A DNA stretch of 57,166 bases. Origin: a virus (lineage: Duplodnaviria > Caudoviricetes). The notes beneath the pieces were generated by a model. The model did not search any database, was not told the DNA's origin, and saw only the letters and a list, made by a program, of their open reading frames with translations. This document shows, piece by piece, positions 37,363-47,714 of the stretch; position 1 is the first letter of the stretch, and each line of letters opens with the position of its first letter. Location of the stretch: the IMG/VR virus record IMGVR_UViG_3300030433_001734, positions 1 through 57,166 of that record; one strand, written 5' to 3'. The translations under genes were made by a program, and so were the position numbers.

Positions 37363-38163
37363 ATGAAAGTAGTAAAAAACTTAGTATATGTAAAACCAAT
37401 CATAAAAGAAAGATGGCATGGTCTACACAAGTTAGGCCGTGCCAAATTTCAAGGTACAGCTGATGTAATTCAGGCTGTATACGACAAGAATATCGGAACT
37501 CTAGCTACGGGTTTAGATCCAGAGCAAAGAGAAAGATTGTCAAAAGTAATGGGAGTCAGTTTAGATCCTATTGCAACAAATGAATACTGGCAAGAGTTTA
37601 AGGTAAAGTTAGAAGATAAAACTATGATTTTTGATACTACTATTCCTTTTCAAGAGTTGCAAATTTCTGTGTTAAGAGCAAGTAACTTAGTTGCTAATTC
37701 TCAAAAAGAACACGACTCAGGAATGTGGCCAGATGCTAAATATGTTATATATGACGAGCAACAAGAAGTAGAAAAAGAAGCTAAAACAGCAGAAGTAAAA
37801 GCTAAAGCTGTTCAAGTGTTTAGTAAACTTTCTCCTTCTAAACGTTTAGACATATTAAAGATATTTGGTAAAGCAACAAATAATACTACGGAAGATTTTA
37901 CTTACGCACGTTTGTATGAGATTCTAGAAGAAAATCCAAAACGTTTTACAGAAGTTGCTTCTGCAAAACCAGAGGAAATTAAAGTAAAAGCTTTAATCTT
38001 TGATTTAGAGACTAAAGGTATTTTAAGAACTAAAGGAGCTGCTTATTTATATAATGATCAGCAAATTGGGTTTGATTATGACGATACTGTTAATTACTTG
38101 ATGAATCCTAAGAATCAAGAGCTTTTAATTAAATTAACTGATGACCTAAAAGTTAGATCTTAA
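37363..38163 (+). CDS. Conserved crAss-like protein downstream of MCP
   Basis: 266 aa; position and YLMNPKNQE C-terminal motif. Confidence 0.6.
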   Translation: MKVVKNLVYVKPIIKERWHGLHKLGRAKFQGTADVIQAVYDKNIGTLATGLDPEQRERLSKVMGVSLDPIATNEYWQEFKVKLEDKTMIFDTTIPFQELQISVLRASNLVANSQKEHDSGMWPDAKYVIYDEQQEVEKEAKTAEVKAKAVQVFSKLSPSKRLDILKIFGKATNNTTEDFTYARLYEILEENPKRFTEVASAKPEEIKVKALIFDLETKGILRTKGAAYLYNDQQIGFDYDDTVNYLMNPKNQELLIKLTDDLKVRS

Positions 38164-38906
38164 TGACTGTACAAGAAATGCATTATGACTTTAAGCTTAA
38201 ATTTAATAAGCTAGATAGCCAAGACTATCAGAACTTTCAAGTTCCTGAGATAGACTGGGTATTAAATGAAGCACAAATGCTTTTCATAAAACAGCGTTAC
38301 GGGTTAACAAACCCAAAACAAACTGGCTTTGAGGGAACTCAGAAAAGAACAGATGATTTAAGAAACTTGGTAATGAAAGGAATTTCAATACCAGTTTCTG
38401 CTTCATCTTCTACAAGTTCTATGAAAGGCGCTTTGCCTACTGATTATATGTTTATGCTTAGAGTTGAAGCAGTTGCTCAAAAGATAAACTGTGGTCAGAA
38501 AAACTTAGTATGTAGAATAACCCAACATGATGACTTAAGTAATACTTTAAGTGATCCTTATTATAATCCATCGTATGAGTGGGGAGAAATTCCAGTTACT
38601 TTTGGAACAGACTCAAACGCAGCGGCTGACGCTAATCATATCTTTGGTTATAGTGATGGTTCTTTTAGCATTACAAGTTTCAAACTGGACTATTTAAGAA
38701 CTCCTAGAAGGATAGCTTTCCCTTCAGGCGTGCCTGGAAATACCTATAATTACCCTGGTGCGGTGGCTGTAACGGTTGATCAAAACTGTGAGTTGGCAGA
38801 ACACACCCACAACGAAATTGTAGATCTAGCTGTACAGATTGCAGCAGGAAATGTAGAACATCCAGGATTACAAATAAAGATGGCTAAAACTGCAATGTTT
38901 GAATAA
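38163..38906 (+). CDS. Head-tail ring/connector protein
   Basis: EID..LN.AQ, GFEGTQKRTDDL, YLRTP, CEL..HTH.EIVD.AV. Confidence 0.65.
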   Translation: MTVQEMHYDFKLKFNKLDSQDYQNFQVPEIDWVLNEAQMLFIKQRYGLTNPKQTGFEGTQKRTDDLRNLVMKGISIPVSASSSTSSMKGALPTDYMFMLRVEAVAQKINCGQKNLVCRITQHDDLSNTLSDPYYNPSYEWGEIPVTFGTDSNAAADANHIFGYSDGSFSITSFKLDYLRTPRRIAFPSGVPGNTYNYPGAVAVTVDQNCELAEHTHNEIVDLAVQIAAGNVEHPGLQIKMAKTAMFE

Positions 38907-38931
38907 TGTTTAATTTTTAAAATTTTGAATT

Positions 38932-39963
38932 ATGATTAAAGCTAATAAATTTGTATGTGCATTGACTGCGGGTGTTGCCCCAGCTGCATCTACTGCTGGA
39001 GCTATCAATAATGCTGCAGGTGGTGCTGTAACTACAGCTACTATCCCTGAGGGTGCATTTGCACTTGTTTCAGGTGGTGCAACAAGAGCTAATGTTACTG
39101 CTGCGCTTGCTGCAGACAGTGAGTATTATTTTGTTAAAAACGTAGGAGGAAGATTAATATCAAGTCCTGCATTTACTGCAACTGCTGCTACAATTGCTGC
39201 TAACTTAGAAGCAGTTACTTATTCTGCTGGTGCAAGTACTAAAGTAAGAATCAATGGTATTACTGCAGAAAAACTTAAGTGTGAAGCTGAGTATATGCTT
39301 AAATTAAGATTTGAGTCTCCATGTATAATGAAAACTTACGGATACCAAGATCTTGTTAGAACAGTTAGTTATACTACTGGTTGTTGTGCAGATCCTTGTG
39401 TAGACTGTGGTACTTATCCATGTGATACATTTGCTAGTGAGTTAGTAGCTCAAATTAATTTACAAGCAGGTGACTTAGTTACTGCTGAAGTTGTAGATGA
39501 TGGTGGTTGTGACTTTATTGATATTACTGCAAAAGCTGATACACAAGCTGCATTAGCATGTGGTGTTGACCCAATGGAGTGTAGTGACTTTAATGTTGCT
39601 ATGTTTGTTGGTTTAGAAGGTGCATTCGAATGTTCTGGTGCTGTAGTTAATACTACTGGTGGTGGAACTACTGCTTACGCTCAAGCTGTAGGTACAGGTA
39701 GACAAATCCTTGCAGAAGGAGCATGGGCTGCTGGTTACTACAGAAAGAACGGAACTACTGTAAGAAGTACATTCCCTTACGGAAACGTTGAAAGTGAAGT
39801 AGATGCGTCTTTAAACTATGATTATACAAGAGTTATGTTTAACGAAAGCAAAACAGGTGCTGCTGAAGCTCAAGCTACAGTATGGCCTTTCGAGCTTATC
39901 ATTGCCTACAAAACAGGTGTAGCTGCAATGGATGCTACGGAAGTTGCTGCTTTGCTAGCATAA
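38932..39963 (+). CDS. Virion structural protein (auxiliary capsid/decoration-like)
   Basis: Ala/Gly/Thr-rich, last gene before the strong terminator of the capsid operon. Confidence 0.55.
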   Translation: MIKANKFVCALTAGVAPAASTAGAINNAAGGAVTTATIPEGAFALVSGGATRANVTAALAADSEYYFVKNVGGRLISSPAFTATAATIAANLEAVTYSAGASTKVRINGITAEKLKCEAEYMLKLRFESPCIMKTYGYQDLVRTVSYTTGCCADPCVDCGTYPCDTFASELVAQINLQAGDLVTAEVVDDGGCDFIDITAKADTQAALACGVDPMECSDFNVAMFVGLEGAFECSGAVVNTTGGGTTAYAQAVGTGRQILAEGAWAAGYYRKNGTTVRSTFPYGNVESEVDASLNYDYTRVMFNESKTGAAEAQATVWPFELIIAYKTGVAAMDATEVAALLA

Positions 39964-39977
39964 TTAATTAATTAAAT

Positions 39978-40010
39978 GTAGAGAGCCTCGAAAGAGGCCT
40001 CTACTTTTTT
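39978..40010 (+). terminator. Intrinsic terminator
   Basis: GTAGAG-A-GCCTC-GAAA-GAGGC-CTCTAC-TTTTTT. Confidence 0.9.
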
Positions 40011-40048
40011 ACTAGATTCTTATTGCAAGAATCTGAAAAACGAAAACA

Positions 40049-43000
40049 ATGTCTCAAAGAATTTGTGTATGGTGTGATAATGGTAATGCAGTTTATACGG
40101 CTGCTCCTGCTTTAGATGGAGTATCTCCGTGCTCAGAACCTAATCCAGCAGATTGTCCTTGTGAAAATCTGTTAAATGCTCCTAATGTTCAAGCACAAGG
40201 AGTTACACAAGTTTATACTTCGTTTCATCCAGATCCTAATTTTTCTGTAGTACCTCAGGATTTTAATCCGTGTACTCAACAGAATGCAACTATATGTTAC
40301 ACTTGTAATAATGATAATTCTGGATATTTATCTCAAACTTTAATTAATGGAGGACCTTGTCCTTCAGGATGGTCTAATTCTATTCCTACTTGCGGAGAAA
40401 GTGAGAGTGACCCAACTAACCCTTTATGTCCTCCTCCAGCAAAAGGCTGTGATGTTTGTTATAGCGAGCAGTGTGCTAGTGATGGATCTTTAGAAGTTAC
40501 AATTACATTTGGACAAGGATTAAATAATGTACAAGTACAGATTGGATCTCAAAACATGCAAATATCTCAAGGATGTACTAGTCCAGATAGCAGTAATAAT
40601 CCTTTTACTGTTACTGTATTACCAGGAGATCTTTTATCTGTGAGTGGTTATTGTAGTACTCCATCAATTATAGATGAATGGAATAAAGAAAGAGACGGAG
40701 GAGATGCTCCTTCTTGGGGAGCTGAAGAATGTGGAGATGCAACAGTATCTTCGACTACAAAGATTGTTTGTTTTTATGATACTACATCATTAGGTGCGCC
40801 TGCTCAAGCTAGTATGTATAATGCTGCAAATGAATGGATAAAAACTATTCAAACTGACAGTGGCTTTACAGGAGAAGTATATCACGTAGCTATAGGAGGA
40901 GAAAGATGGGTAATGTGGCCTGCATGGTTATTAGATAATACAGTAGACATTGATGGAATTAATAGAACTAATCTTGCTGCTGCTTGTGGAGTTAATACTC
41001 CTTCAAGTAACTGGGATGCGGGAGAATCTGTATTGCCTGCGTGGAATTCTGATGCAAATGCTTATGTACAAGCTACAGGGTCTCAAGGAAATACTAAAGC
41101 TATGCCTGCACAAATTACTGCAGGAGAAGATGTATTAGTTATTATCTTTGCAGATGAATCTGCAGATCAACCAAATGCTTATACTGTAACTGGTACAGGA
41201 CCTGCTTCAGGAGGTGGTGGAGGACAAGGAATTGGAGGATACCATGGAAGAAACTCAGCAGATAATAATAATGCAGTTATTACACATGCAGATTCTATAT
41301 ACGATATTGTACTTCCTTCTTGTATTAGTGCTACAGGTAATACTAATAACTGGAATCTTTGGGAATTAGATTATAATATTGCAACACCTATAATCGCTGC
41401 ACATAATGCAGGATCAGGAAATATAAGAACTTTTGTATACCCTTCTCAGCCTACAACAGGGTCTATTGGAACTGCAAGACGTCCTTTTCCTTTTCATGTT
41501 TGGGCATCAATTAATTCTGGTTATAATAATACAGGTCTTTTACAAAATGGATCTTCAGCTCCTACTTGTCAAATTGCTGATTTATCTAATTTAGTACAGA
41601 ACGGAGGAGGAACTTTAGTTAACTGGTATGTACAAAATAATGTAGGTAGATTAGATCAATACGGATTTGGAGCTAATGTAGAATGTAAAGCATTTACTGC
41701 ATTAGACTTTGCAGCAGACTTAGATGCTTTTTTAAGTCTGAATAACACAACATGCGACAATACAGATTGTGCTGCTATTAGAGTTGTAACTGAATCGGGA
41801 GTAGGAATTGATTCAGAACCTGTTACTATAAATGGAATTAACATGCTTACAGATGGCCAAGGTTATACTACTTTGGTTAGTGGCTTAGTAGGAGGAGTAG
41901 ATATAAATGGATGTTTACATAATTTTACAGGAGATTGTAGTCAATATTTATTTGAAATAACTAAAATAGAATCTACTCATACTGCAGCTTTAACTTGTGT
42001 TTTAGGCTGTACTGATCCTACTGCTATAAATTATAACCCTAATGCTAACGTAGATGATGGGTCTTGTGAGTATTGTGTATGGGGATGTACTAATCCATTA
42101 TCTTTAAATTATGATCCAGCAGCTACATGTGATGATGGATCTTGTCAAGTATTACCAGACATTGTAGAATGTACTTTGATAAATATGTCTAAAGAAATAC
42201 TAAAACAGTGTCATGACGAATGCGGAGATGTAGAAGCCTATAAAGAATTGCTAGCAGATTACCGAGAAATGGAAGCAATTCTAGCTCAAATATATATGCT
42301 TATCGAATGCGATAAGACTGCAGAATTACAAGCATTAATGCCTAAAATTCTGAGATTAATGGAAAAGTATCAATGTGATAGTTGTTATGAATTCCAAGGA
42401 ACGTCTGGTGATACTACAACTACACAAGACGAAACCTCAGCAACTACATGTGGTGCAGAGTTATCAGGACCTTGTACAAATAAAATGCTTATTCCTAGTG
42501 TAGACGCTTTACAGATAGGTTACCAATTAAATGGTGGCGCTACTGTATATGCATCTACTTCTTCGAATACTGTACTTGGAGATATAACAGGAAATACTGT
42601 AGATGTTACTAGTTATTGCGGACCTACACAAGTAATAAAAACGTTAAATGCATGTGGTTTAGAAAGTATACCAAATGATGCTAACGTATATTGTTTTTAT
42701 GATGTTACTTCTACTTGTGTAGAAGATATACAAAAAATTGTAAACGCAGTAGAACTGTGGTATAAAAGTAAAGTAATAGCAGATCCTACGTATACAGGAG
42801 ATGTATATCATTTACCTGTACACGGAGAAAAGTGGTTAAGATGTGCAGAATATCCTATAGATCAATTATTACATTCAATGTCTTTGCGTTTAGTAAATGG
42901 CTCAGGAAATGCTTTAGGAGGAGGTAACAAAGGATTTTCTACAACTTTAACTGTTGATGTTTTAGATAGAAGCACTATAGGTACAACGCATACAATGGTT

Positions 43001-44554
43001 ACTCAAACAATGTATGGCCCTAAAGCTGGACCTGCAGTTTATAATGATATTGCTACAGGAACAGGAGCTCTTCCTTATTTAAGACCTGGAGGATCGTATG
43101 CAGATCAGGGTACTGCTAGTGGAGGTGCAAGTGATGATAAAGCAGTTGTTTTATGTTTCTTTGATGAAGTAGAAGGAAACCAAGGAGGAGGACCTTACCA
43201 TGATAGAGGGCACGCAGGAGACGGTAGTTATGGATACTGTCCTACAGGAGTTATAGAAGATTTTGGAAATGCTCCAAGAGCTAAATGGAAAACAGATTAT
43301 GATTCTTTTGTAGACAAACATCAGTATTATAGTTTCTTTAAAGGCTTTTTATATCCTGTAATTCCAGGAATACATGTAAGTTCTACAGATTGTGCATCGT
43401 CTTACGATGCAAATAACGCACCTAGTTATAATACAAATGCTTATGCAAATACAGGGAAAATGTTCTTTGTATTAAATGCATTAGCAGGTATACACAAAGG
43501 AGTATGGAATACAGCTACAGATGGACCTGTACCTATTAATCCTGTAATTGCAGCAGCAGCTCATCCAGGAAATGCAACTGTAACAGCTGGAACTTTAGGT
43601 AATTTAAATGCTATCACTCTTGCAGCTAATCCTTACGTAGCTCAAGGATATGATGGACTAAGCGATTATGGCTGGAGTATGGATGCTACAGTAGGTACAC
43701 CAGGAACAAATTCTATTGCAGGAGTATTTACAAGTGGTCAATTTAACAATACTTTAGACTCTTTATTATCAGGAGGAAGTAACTGTAATGGTACAGATTG
43801 TTTAACAGTTATAGTTAAAGATGCAGATACAGGAGCAGTTATAAATGATACATATACTAAGTCTGCAGTTACAGTACAGCCTGGAGTACATCAAATACTA
43901 GATCCTTCTTCTAATGTAACAGTAACTACTGCAGGAGAATGTACTGAGTATGTAGTTACTTTATTTAAAGATGTTATGGATCAATACACAGATTGTGTAT
44001 TAACAACTGCAATAACATGCGGATGTGGAGGCGATCCTTCTATAGTTCTTTCAGTAGGAGCACAAACTCAAATTACAGGTGTAACAACTAATGGAGAAAC
44101 TAAATACGGTACAATAAAGAATGAGACTACAGGAGTTGAAGATGATATTATTTTTGACCCTGATGTAGTAGGACCTTTAACAGGATCTATTACTCTAGAT
44201 AAAACATTAAAGAATAGTAGCTTTTTTAAACCAAATACAGAACTACCAGATGGTAGATATAAAATTACGTTAGATAGCGTAGGAGGAAAAAAGAAAGAAC
44301 TGTGCTTTTTAATACTGTGTGATTCTTATGCAAAATTACTAGATGCATTTGAAAGATACACACTACAGATTGATTGCTGTCCTACTTGTACAAGCCCTGA
44401 AGAAAAATACTTAGAGGCGTACAGCTTATATCGAGCATTAAAAGTAGCAGGAATAGACTGTGGACTTGAACCATGGATAGATAAGAATATTAAAAAATTA
44501 CAAGCGTGTTGTTCTGCATGTGGAGCAGATGCTGATTGTAACCAAAATTGTTAA
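40049..44554 (+). CDS. Large Cys-rich protein with two duplicated VWA-like modules and GCT(D/N)...DDGSC repeats (probable fibre/adhesin)
   Basis: Internal duplication CFYDTTS/CFYDVTS...VYH...GE(R/K)W...F(A/F)DE; two GCT..A/S.NY.P.A..DDGSC repeats. Confidence 0.6.
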   Translation: MSQRICVWCDNGNAVYTAAPALDGVSPCSEPNPADCPCENLLNAPNVQAQGVTQVYTSFHPDPNFSVVPQDFNPCTQQNATICYTCNNDNSGYLSQTLINGGPCPSGWSNSIPTCGESESDPTNPLCPPPAKGCDVCYSEQCASDGSLEVTITFGQGLNNVQVQIGSQNMQISQGCTSPDSSNNPFTVTVLPGDLLSVSGYCSTPSIIDEWNKERDGGDAPSWGAEECGDATVSSTTKIVCFYDTTSLGAPAQASMYNAANEWIKTIQTDSGFTGEVYHVAIGGERWVMWPAWLLDNTVDIDGINRTNLAAACGVNTPSSNWDAGESVLPAWNSDANAYVQATGSQGNTKAMPAQITAGEDVLVIIFADESADQPNAYTVTGTGPASGGGGGQGIGGYHGRNSADNNNAVITHADSIYDIVLPSCISATGNTNNWNLWELDYNIATPIIAAHNAGSGNIRTFVYPSQPTTGSIGTARRPFPFHVWASINSGYNNTGLLQNGSSAPTCQIADLSNLVQNGGGTLVNWYVQNNVGRLDQYGFGANVECKAFTALDFAADLDAFLSLNNTTCDNTDCAAIRVVTESGVGIDSEPVTINGINMLTDGQGYTTLVSGLVGGVDINGCLHNFTGDCSQYLFEITKIESTHTAALTCVLGCTDPTAINYNPNANVDDGSCEYCVWGCTNPLSLNYDPAATCDDGSCQVLPDIVECTLINMSKEILKQCHDECGDVEAYKELLADYREMEAILAQIYMLIECDKTAELQALMPKILRLMEKYQCDSCYEFQGTSGDTTTTQDETSATTCGAELSGPCTNKMLIPSVDALQIGYQLNGGATVYASTSSNTVLGDITGNTVDVTSYCGPTQVIKTLNACGLESIPNDANVYCFYDVTSTCVEDIQKIVNAVELWYKSKVIADPTYTGDVYHLPVHGEKWLRCAEYPIDQLLHSMSLRLVNGSGNALGGGNKGFSTTLTVDVLDRSTIGTTHTMVTQTMYGPKAGPAVYNDIATGTGALPYLRPGGSYADQGTASGGASDDKAVVLCFFDEVEGNQGGGPYHDRGHAGDGSYGYCPTGVIEDFGNAPRAKWKTDYDSFVDKHQYYSFFKGFLYPVIPGIHVSSTDCASSYDANNAPSYNTNAYANTGKMFFVLNALAGIHKGVWNTATDGPVPINPVIAAAAHPGNATVTAGTLGNLNAITLAANPYVAQGYDGLSDYGWSMDATVGTPGTNSIAGVFTSGQFNNTLDSLLSGGSNCNGTDCLTVIVKDADTGAVINDTYTKSAVTVQPGVHQILDPSSNVTVTTAGECTEYVVTLFKDVMDQYTDCVLTTAITCGCGGDPSIVLSVGAQTQITGVTTNGETKYGTIKNETTGVEDDIIFDPDVVGPLTGSITLDKTLKNSSFFKPNTELPDGRYKITLDSVGGKKKELCFLILCDSYAKLLDAFERYTLQIDCCPTCTSPEEKYLEAYSLYRALKVAGIDCGLEPWIDKNIKKLQACCSACGADADCNQNC

Positions 44555-44556
44555 TT

Positions 44557-44880
44557 ATGAGCGCTAATGTATCACCAAATTGTTGTCCATGTTCTACTGA
44601 GTTAGGCCAAATCTTTGGCTGCGACAAGTGGAATAAAGACATGCTTAAACGTTGGTTTGATTATCTTGCTGTAGAGCATAAGTGTGCTCCTAAAGCAGAA
44701 GAGAATCTACATATGTTTTCTAAAGCGTTTTGGTTATTAAGAGCACAGAATCAAAGTGCTGCTAACTTTGGCCCACCAACATCTACTAATTTAACATACT
44801 CTTTTCCTTGGGACGCATGTCCTTATTCATGTGAGTTAATAGAGCGTATAGAAGAAGAGTTATCTGAGGGATGCGTATAA
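44557..44880 (+). CDS. Small Cys-rich hypothetical protein
   Basis: 107 aa from the ATG just after the upstream stop. Confidence 0.55.
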   Translation: MSANVSPNCCPCSTELGQIFGCDKWNKDMLKRWFDYLAVEHKCAPKAEENLHMFSKAFWLLRAQNQSAANFGPPTSTNLTYSFPWDACPYSCELIERIEEELSEGCV

Positions 44881-44931
44881 ATTAATCTAGTAATATAACT
44901 AAGATTGTTAGGAAAAACGCATTAATTTTAT

Positions 44932-44939
44932 TATATTTG
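44932..44939 (+). promoter_or_regulatory. Bacteroidota -7 promoter element (TATATTTG)
   Basis: Only 5 nt before the ATG at 44945, implying a leaderless or near-leaderless transcript. Confidence 0.55.
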
Positions 44940-44944
44940 TAAGT

Positions 44945-45982
44945 ATGAAAAAGTTTGTCTTATCTCTATGTATGTTAGTATGTATAAGCTTAAATGCACA
45001 AGAATTAAAAAAAGCATTTAAGTATTCTACTTTTTATGCAGCTGTAAATGGAAGTAATTCATTGTCTGATATTGATGTATATTCTGTAACAGACGGACTA
45101 ACTACACAAACTATTGCTACGCCATATGATTATAACGTTGCTTTAGGGATAAGAAAAATAGCTAGATTTGGTTACGAAAACAGAGCTAATACTTTTTACG
45201 ATGGTACAGAAACTTCTTATTCTGACGCTGCTACGTTAGGAAAAGTTTCGGGATTAGAGTTCTTGTTTGAAGCAGATTACAAGAGACAGCAAGGATCTAA
45301 CTATTTAGATCAGAACCATTTTATTAGATATGTAGCAGATAAATGGGTAGCTAAAATAGAATATCTAGAAGACGGATTTGCAGATATTAATTATTTTGAA
45401 GCATCGCAAAGATATAGATTAAAAGTAAATAACAAGTTATCTTTTAATATAGGTGCTGCTCAAAGAGTATCTGAACCTTACGGATATAATCCATTAGAAG
45501 AATGGGTACTTAGTACAGGAGATATTCACTATACATATCTAGCTATAGAAGAAGGTTATAATATAGATGTATATAATAGTGTATATACTAATCCAGATGG
45601 AGCTGTAGTTGCAACATCTGTTGACGTATGGAGGGAAGTAGTTATACCACAAGTACTTGCTGACTACGTACAAAAGAAAAGAGAAGAGCTTCCTACGCAA
45701 TGGAATTACTCTTTAGTTATAGGAGCTGATTATTATCACTATACGAAGAGTTTTTGGTTACACTGCTGGGGAAACTTATTGCCTTATCATTATGATGATG
45801 GCGGAGAGTTTTCATACCATGAGTTTAATAATAATGAGCAATGGTATGATTATTCGGGTGGTTTAATTTTTGGATATAAATTAAACAAAAATTTAGGAAC
45901 CTTCATTGAAGGTAAATATAATAAGTACTGGAATAGAAAATGGTACGATTTTAAATTTGGTATAAACTATATAATACTCTAA
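44945..45982 (+). CDS. Putative outer-membrane beta-barrel protein with Sec signal peptide
   Basis: MKKFVLSLCMLVCISLNA|Q signal; Tyr/Trp/Gly-rich amphipathic strands; C-terminal strand FKFGINYIIL. Confidence 0.6.
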   Translation: MKKFVLSLCMLVCISLNAQELKKAFKYSTFYAAVNGSNSLSDIDVYSVTDGLTTQTIATPYDYNVALGIRKIARFGYENRANTFYDGTETSYSDAATLGKVSGLEFLFEADYKRQQGSNYLDQNHFIRYVADKWVAKIEYLEDGFADINYFEASQRYRLKVNNKLSFNIGAAQRVSEPYGYNPLEEWVLSTGDIHYTYLAIEEGYNIDVYNSVYTNPDGAVVATSVDVWREVVIPQVLADYVQKKREELPTQWNYSLVIGADYYHYTKSFWLHCWGNLLPYHYDDGGEFSYHEFNNNEQWYDYSGGLIFGYKLNKNLGTFIEGKYNKYWNRKWYDFKFGINYIIL

Positions 45983-45986
45983 AATT

Positions 45987-46100
45987 ATGAAAAGTAAAAT
46001 ATGTAAATGGGTACAAGCTATAACATTTGGTTTAATATGCTTTGATTGGTGTGTAAAACCTGAAGAATGTGATTTAGGCGACAAGTGCTGTAAATCATAA
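45987..46100 (+). CDS. Small Cys-rich protein (37 aa, not in ORF track)
   Basis: MKSKICKWVQAITFGLICFDWCVKPEECDLGDKCCKS exactly fills the intergenic gap. Confidence 0.55.
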   Translation: MKSKICKWVQAITFGLICFDWCVKPEECDLGDKCCKS

Positions 46101-46104
46101 AGTC

Positions 46105-46314
46105 ATGCCAATAACTAATAAACAAATACATGACGAGTTAACAGACCTAAAAGAAGATGTTAGGTTTATTAAAAAAAGATTGTTAGATCCAGATGATGGG
46201 ACTATAGCAAGAGTAAATAAAAATACGTCTTTTAGAAAAAGCACGCAAAAAACATTGTGGTCTATATGGGTTGCAATTTTAGGAATTATTAGTAAACTTA
46301 TATTCTGGAATTAA
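46105..46314 (+). CDS. Small C-terminally anchored membrane protein
   Basis: Coiled N-terminus plus TM LWSIWVAILGII. Confidence 0.6.
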   Translation: MPITNKQIHDELTDLKEDVRFIKKRLLDPDDGTIARVNKNTSFRKSTQKTLWSIWVAILGIISKLIFWN

Positions 46315-46315
46315 G

Positions 46316-46600
46316 ATGAGTAAAGAGTTAAACGAAGATACATCATTTAAAATTAGTATTAAAACGCTAGCAGGAATTGCTGCACTTATTTTTACTATTG
46401 TAGGTATGTGGTTTGCTCTACAGGCAGATATAGAAGAAGCTAAAGAACTGCCAGTCCCTCCTCCACCCGATGTAACAAGGATGGAGTTTGATATGAAAGA
46501 TAAAAATATCAGACTAACAATTCAAAATACAGCTGATGACGTTGAAGAAATTAAAGACGACATCAAACGTATTGAAGAAAAAATAGATAAACTAAGATAA
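46316..46600 (+). CDS. Single-TM coiled-coil protein
   Basis: TM LAGIAALIFTIVGMWFAL, PVPPPP linker, coiled coil. Confidence 0.6.
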   Translation: MSKELNEDTSFKISIKTLAGIAALIFTIVGMWFALQADIEEAKELPVPPPPDVTRMEFDMKDKNIRLTIQNTADDVEEIKDDIKRIEEKIDKLR

Positions 46601-46624
46601 TTAATAACTTTAAAAACTAATAAC

Positions 46625-46984
46625 ATGGCAACTTATAAAGCAGATCTTACACTTACCTCTACAAATCTGACAAGTGATAATATGTCTGTCGCTGCTTCTA
46701 TAACAAATACATCTGCTAATTACGGAGGTGTAGTTAAACAACTTTTAAAATCAGCTATAAACGTAGCTTTATTTGATAAAGATGCATACTCAGAAGGAGC
46801 TATAGTATATATTATGAATGCAGATTCTGCAGGAACAGTAACTGTAAGTATAACAGCAGCAGAAGAAATAGTACTAGGTGCGGGAGAATGGGCTGCATTT
46901 CCTTGGGGAGACAGAACTACAGATATTCACGTAAAAACTGATCAAGCAGACGGAAGAGCTATTGAGTGGGGAGTATTTAACTAA
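46625..46984 (+). CDS. Probable virion protein, paralog family
   Basis: LGAGEWAAFPW...IEWG motif shared with 47003 and 23200. Confidence 0.55.
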   Translation: MATYKADLTLTSTNLTSDNMSVAASITNTSANYGGVVKQLLKSAINVALFDKDAYSEGAIVYIMNADSAGTVTVSITAAEEIVLGAGEWAAFPWGDRTTDIHVKTDQADGRAIEWGVFN

Positions 46985-47002
46985 TTAAATAAATAATAAA
47001 CT

Positions 47003-47377
47003 ATGGCAACTTTAAACGCAACAATAAAAGTAACTTCTGCAGATATAACAAAAGATAGCTTATCTTTAAGTAACTTAAAAAGTTATACTGTAAATACAGG
47101 AGGTATACTTACAAAGAATATAACAGCAACTACAGAAGGAACAGCTGTTAAGGTTTTTGAATCAACTGAGCACGCTGCTGGTACAAAAATCTTTTTACAT
47201 AATAAAAACGCAACGCGTACTTTAAAAATAAAACTTACTGCAGCATCAACACATGAGATGACTTTAGCTCCAGGAGCTTGGGCATTTTTTCCATGGAAAG
47301 CTGCAGTAGATATTACAGTTTTTGCTAGCGCAGCTGGTGGAACTATTTTAGAATACGGAGCTTTTGCTCAAGTATAA
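47003..47377 (+). CDS. Probable virion protein, paralog family
   Basis: LAPGAWAFFPW...LEYG motif. Confidence 0.55.
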   Translation: MATLNATIKVTSADITKDSLSLSNLKSYTVNTGGILTKNITATTEGTAVKVFESTEHAAGTKIFLHNKNATRTLKIKLTAASTHEMTLAPGAWAFFPWKAAVDITVFASAAGGTILEYGAFAQV

Positions 47378-47381
47378 AACA

Positions 47382-47714
47382 ATGAAAAAATTTGTTTGGA
47401 CAATACTATTGGCATTATTCTCATATACTGCAAATGCACAAATACATGTAATGCATTTTAATGCAGATTGGAATTCTGCTAATGATGTTAAATGGTTTAA
47501 ACAGTTAGATGACGTTGATAAATTTACAACAATTTGCATTGCTGCAAAACCAGATAAACAAAAAAAGTATGAAATTGTAGTTGTACCTACAATTATTATA
47601 TTTAAAGACGGAGAAGAAGTTAAACGCTTTCAAGCAGATATTTCATTTGCTATGAAAGCTAAACTAGAAGATGTGCAAGAAGTTATTAATGAACAATTAA
47701 TGAGTGACTTTTAA
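47382..47714 (+). CDS. Exported thioredoxin-fold protein lacking CxxC
   Basis: Signal MKKFVWTILLALFSYTANA|Q; HFNADWNSAN replaces F.A.WCxxC; KYEIVVVPTIIIFKDGEEVKRF is the thioredoxin cis-Pro region. Confidence 0.75.
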   Translation: MKKFVWTILLALFSYTANAQIHVMHFNADWNSANDVKWFKQLDDVDKFTTICIAAKPDKQKKYEIVVVPTIIIFKDGEEVKRFQADISFAMKAKLEDVQEVINEQLMSDF

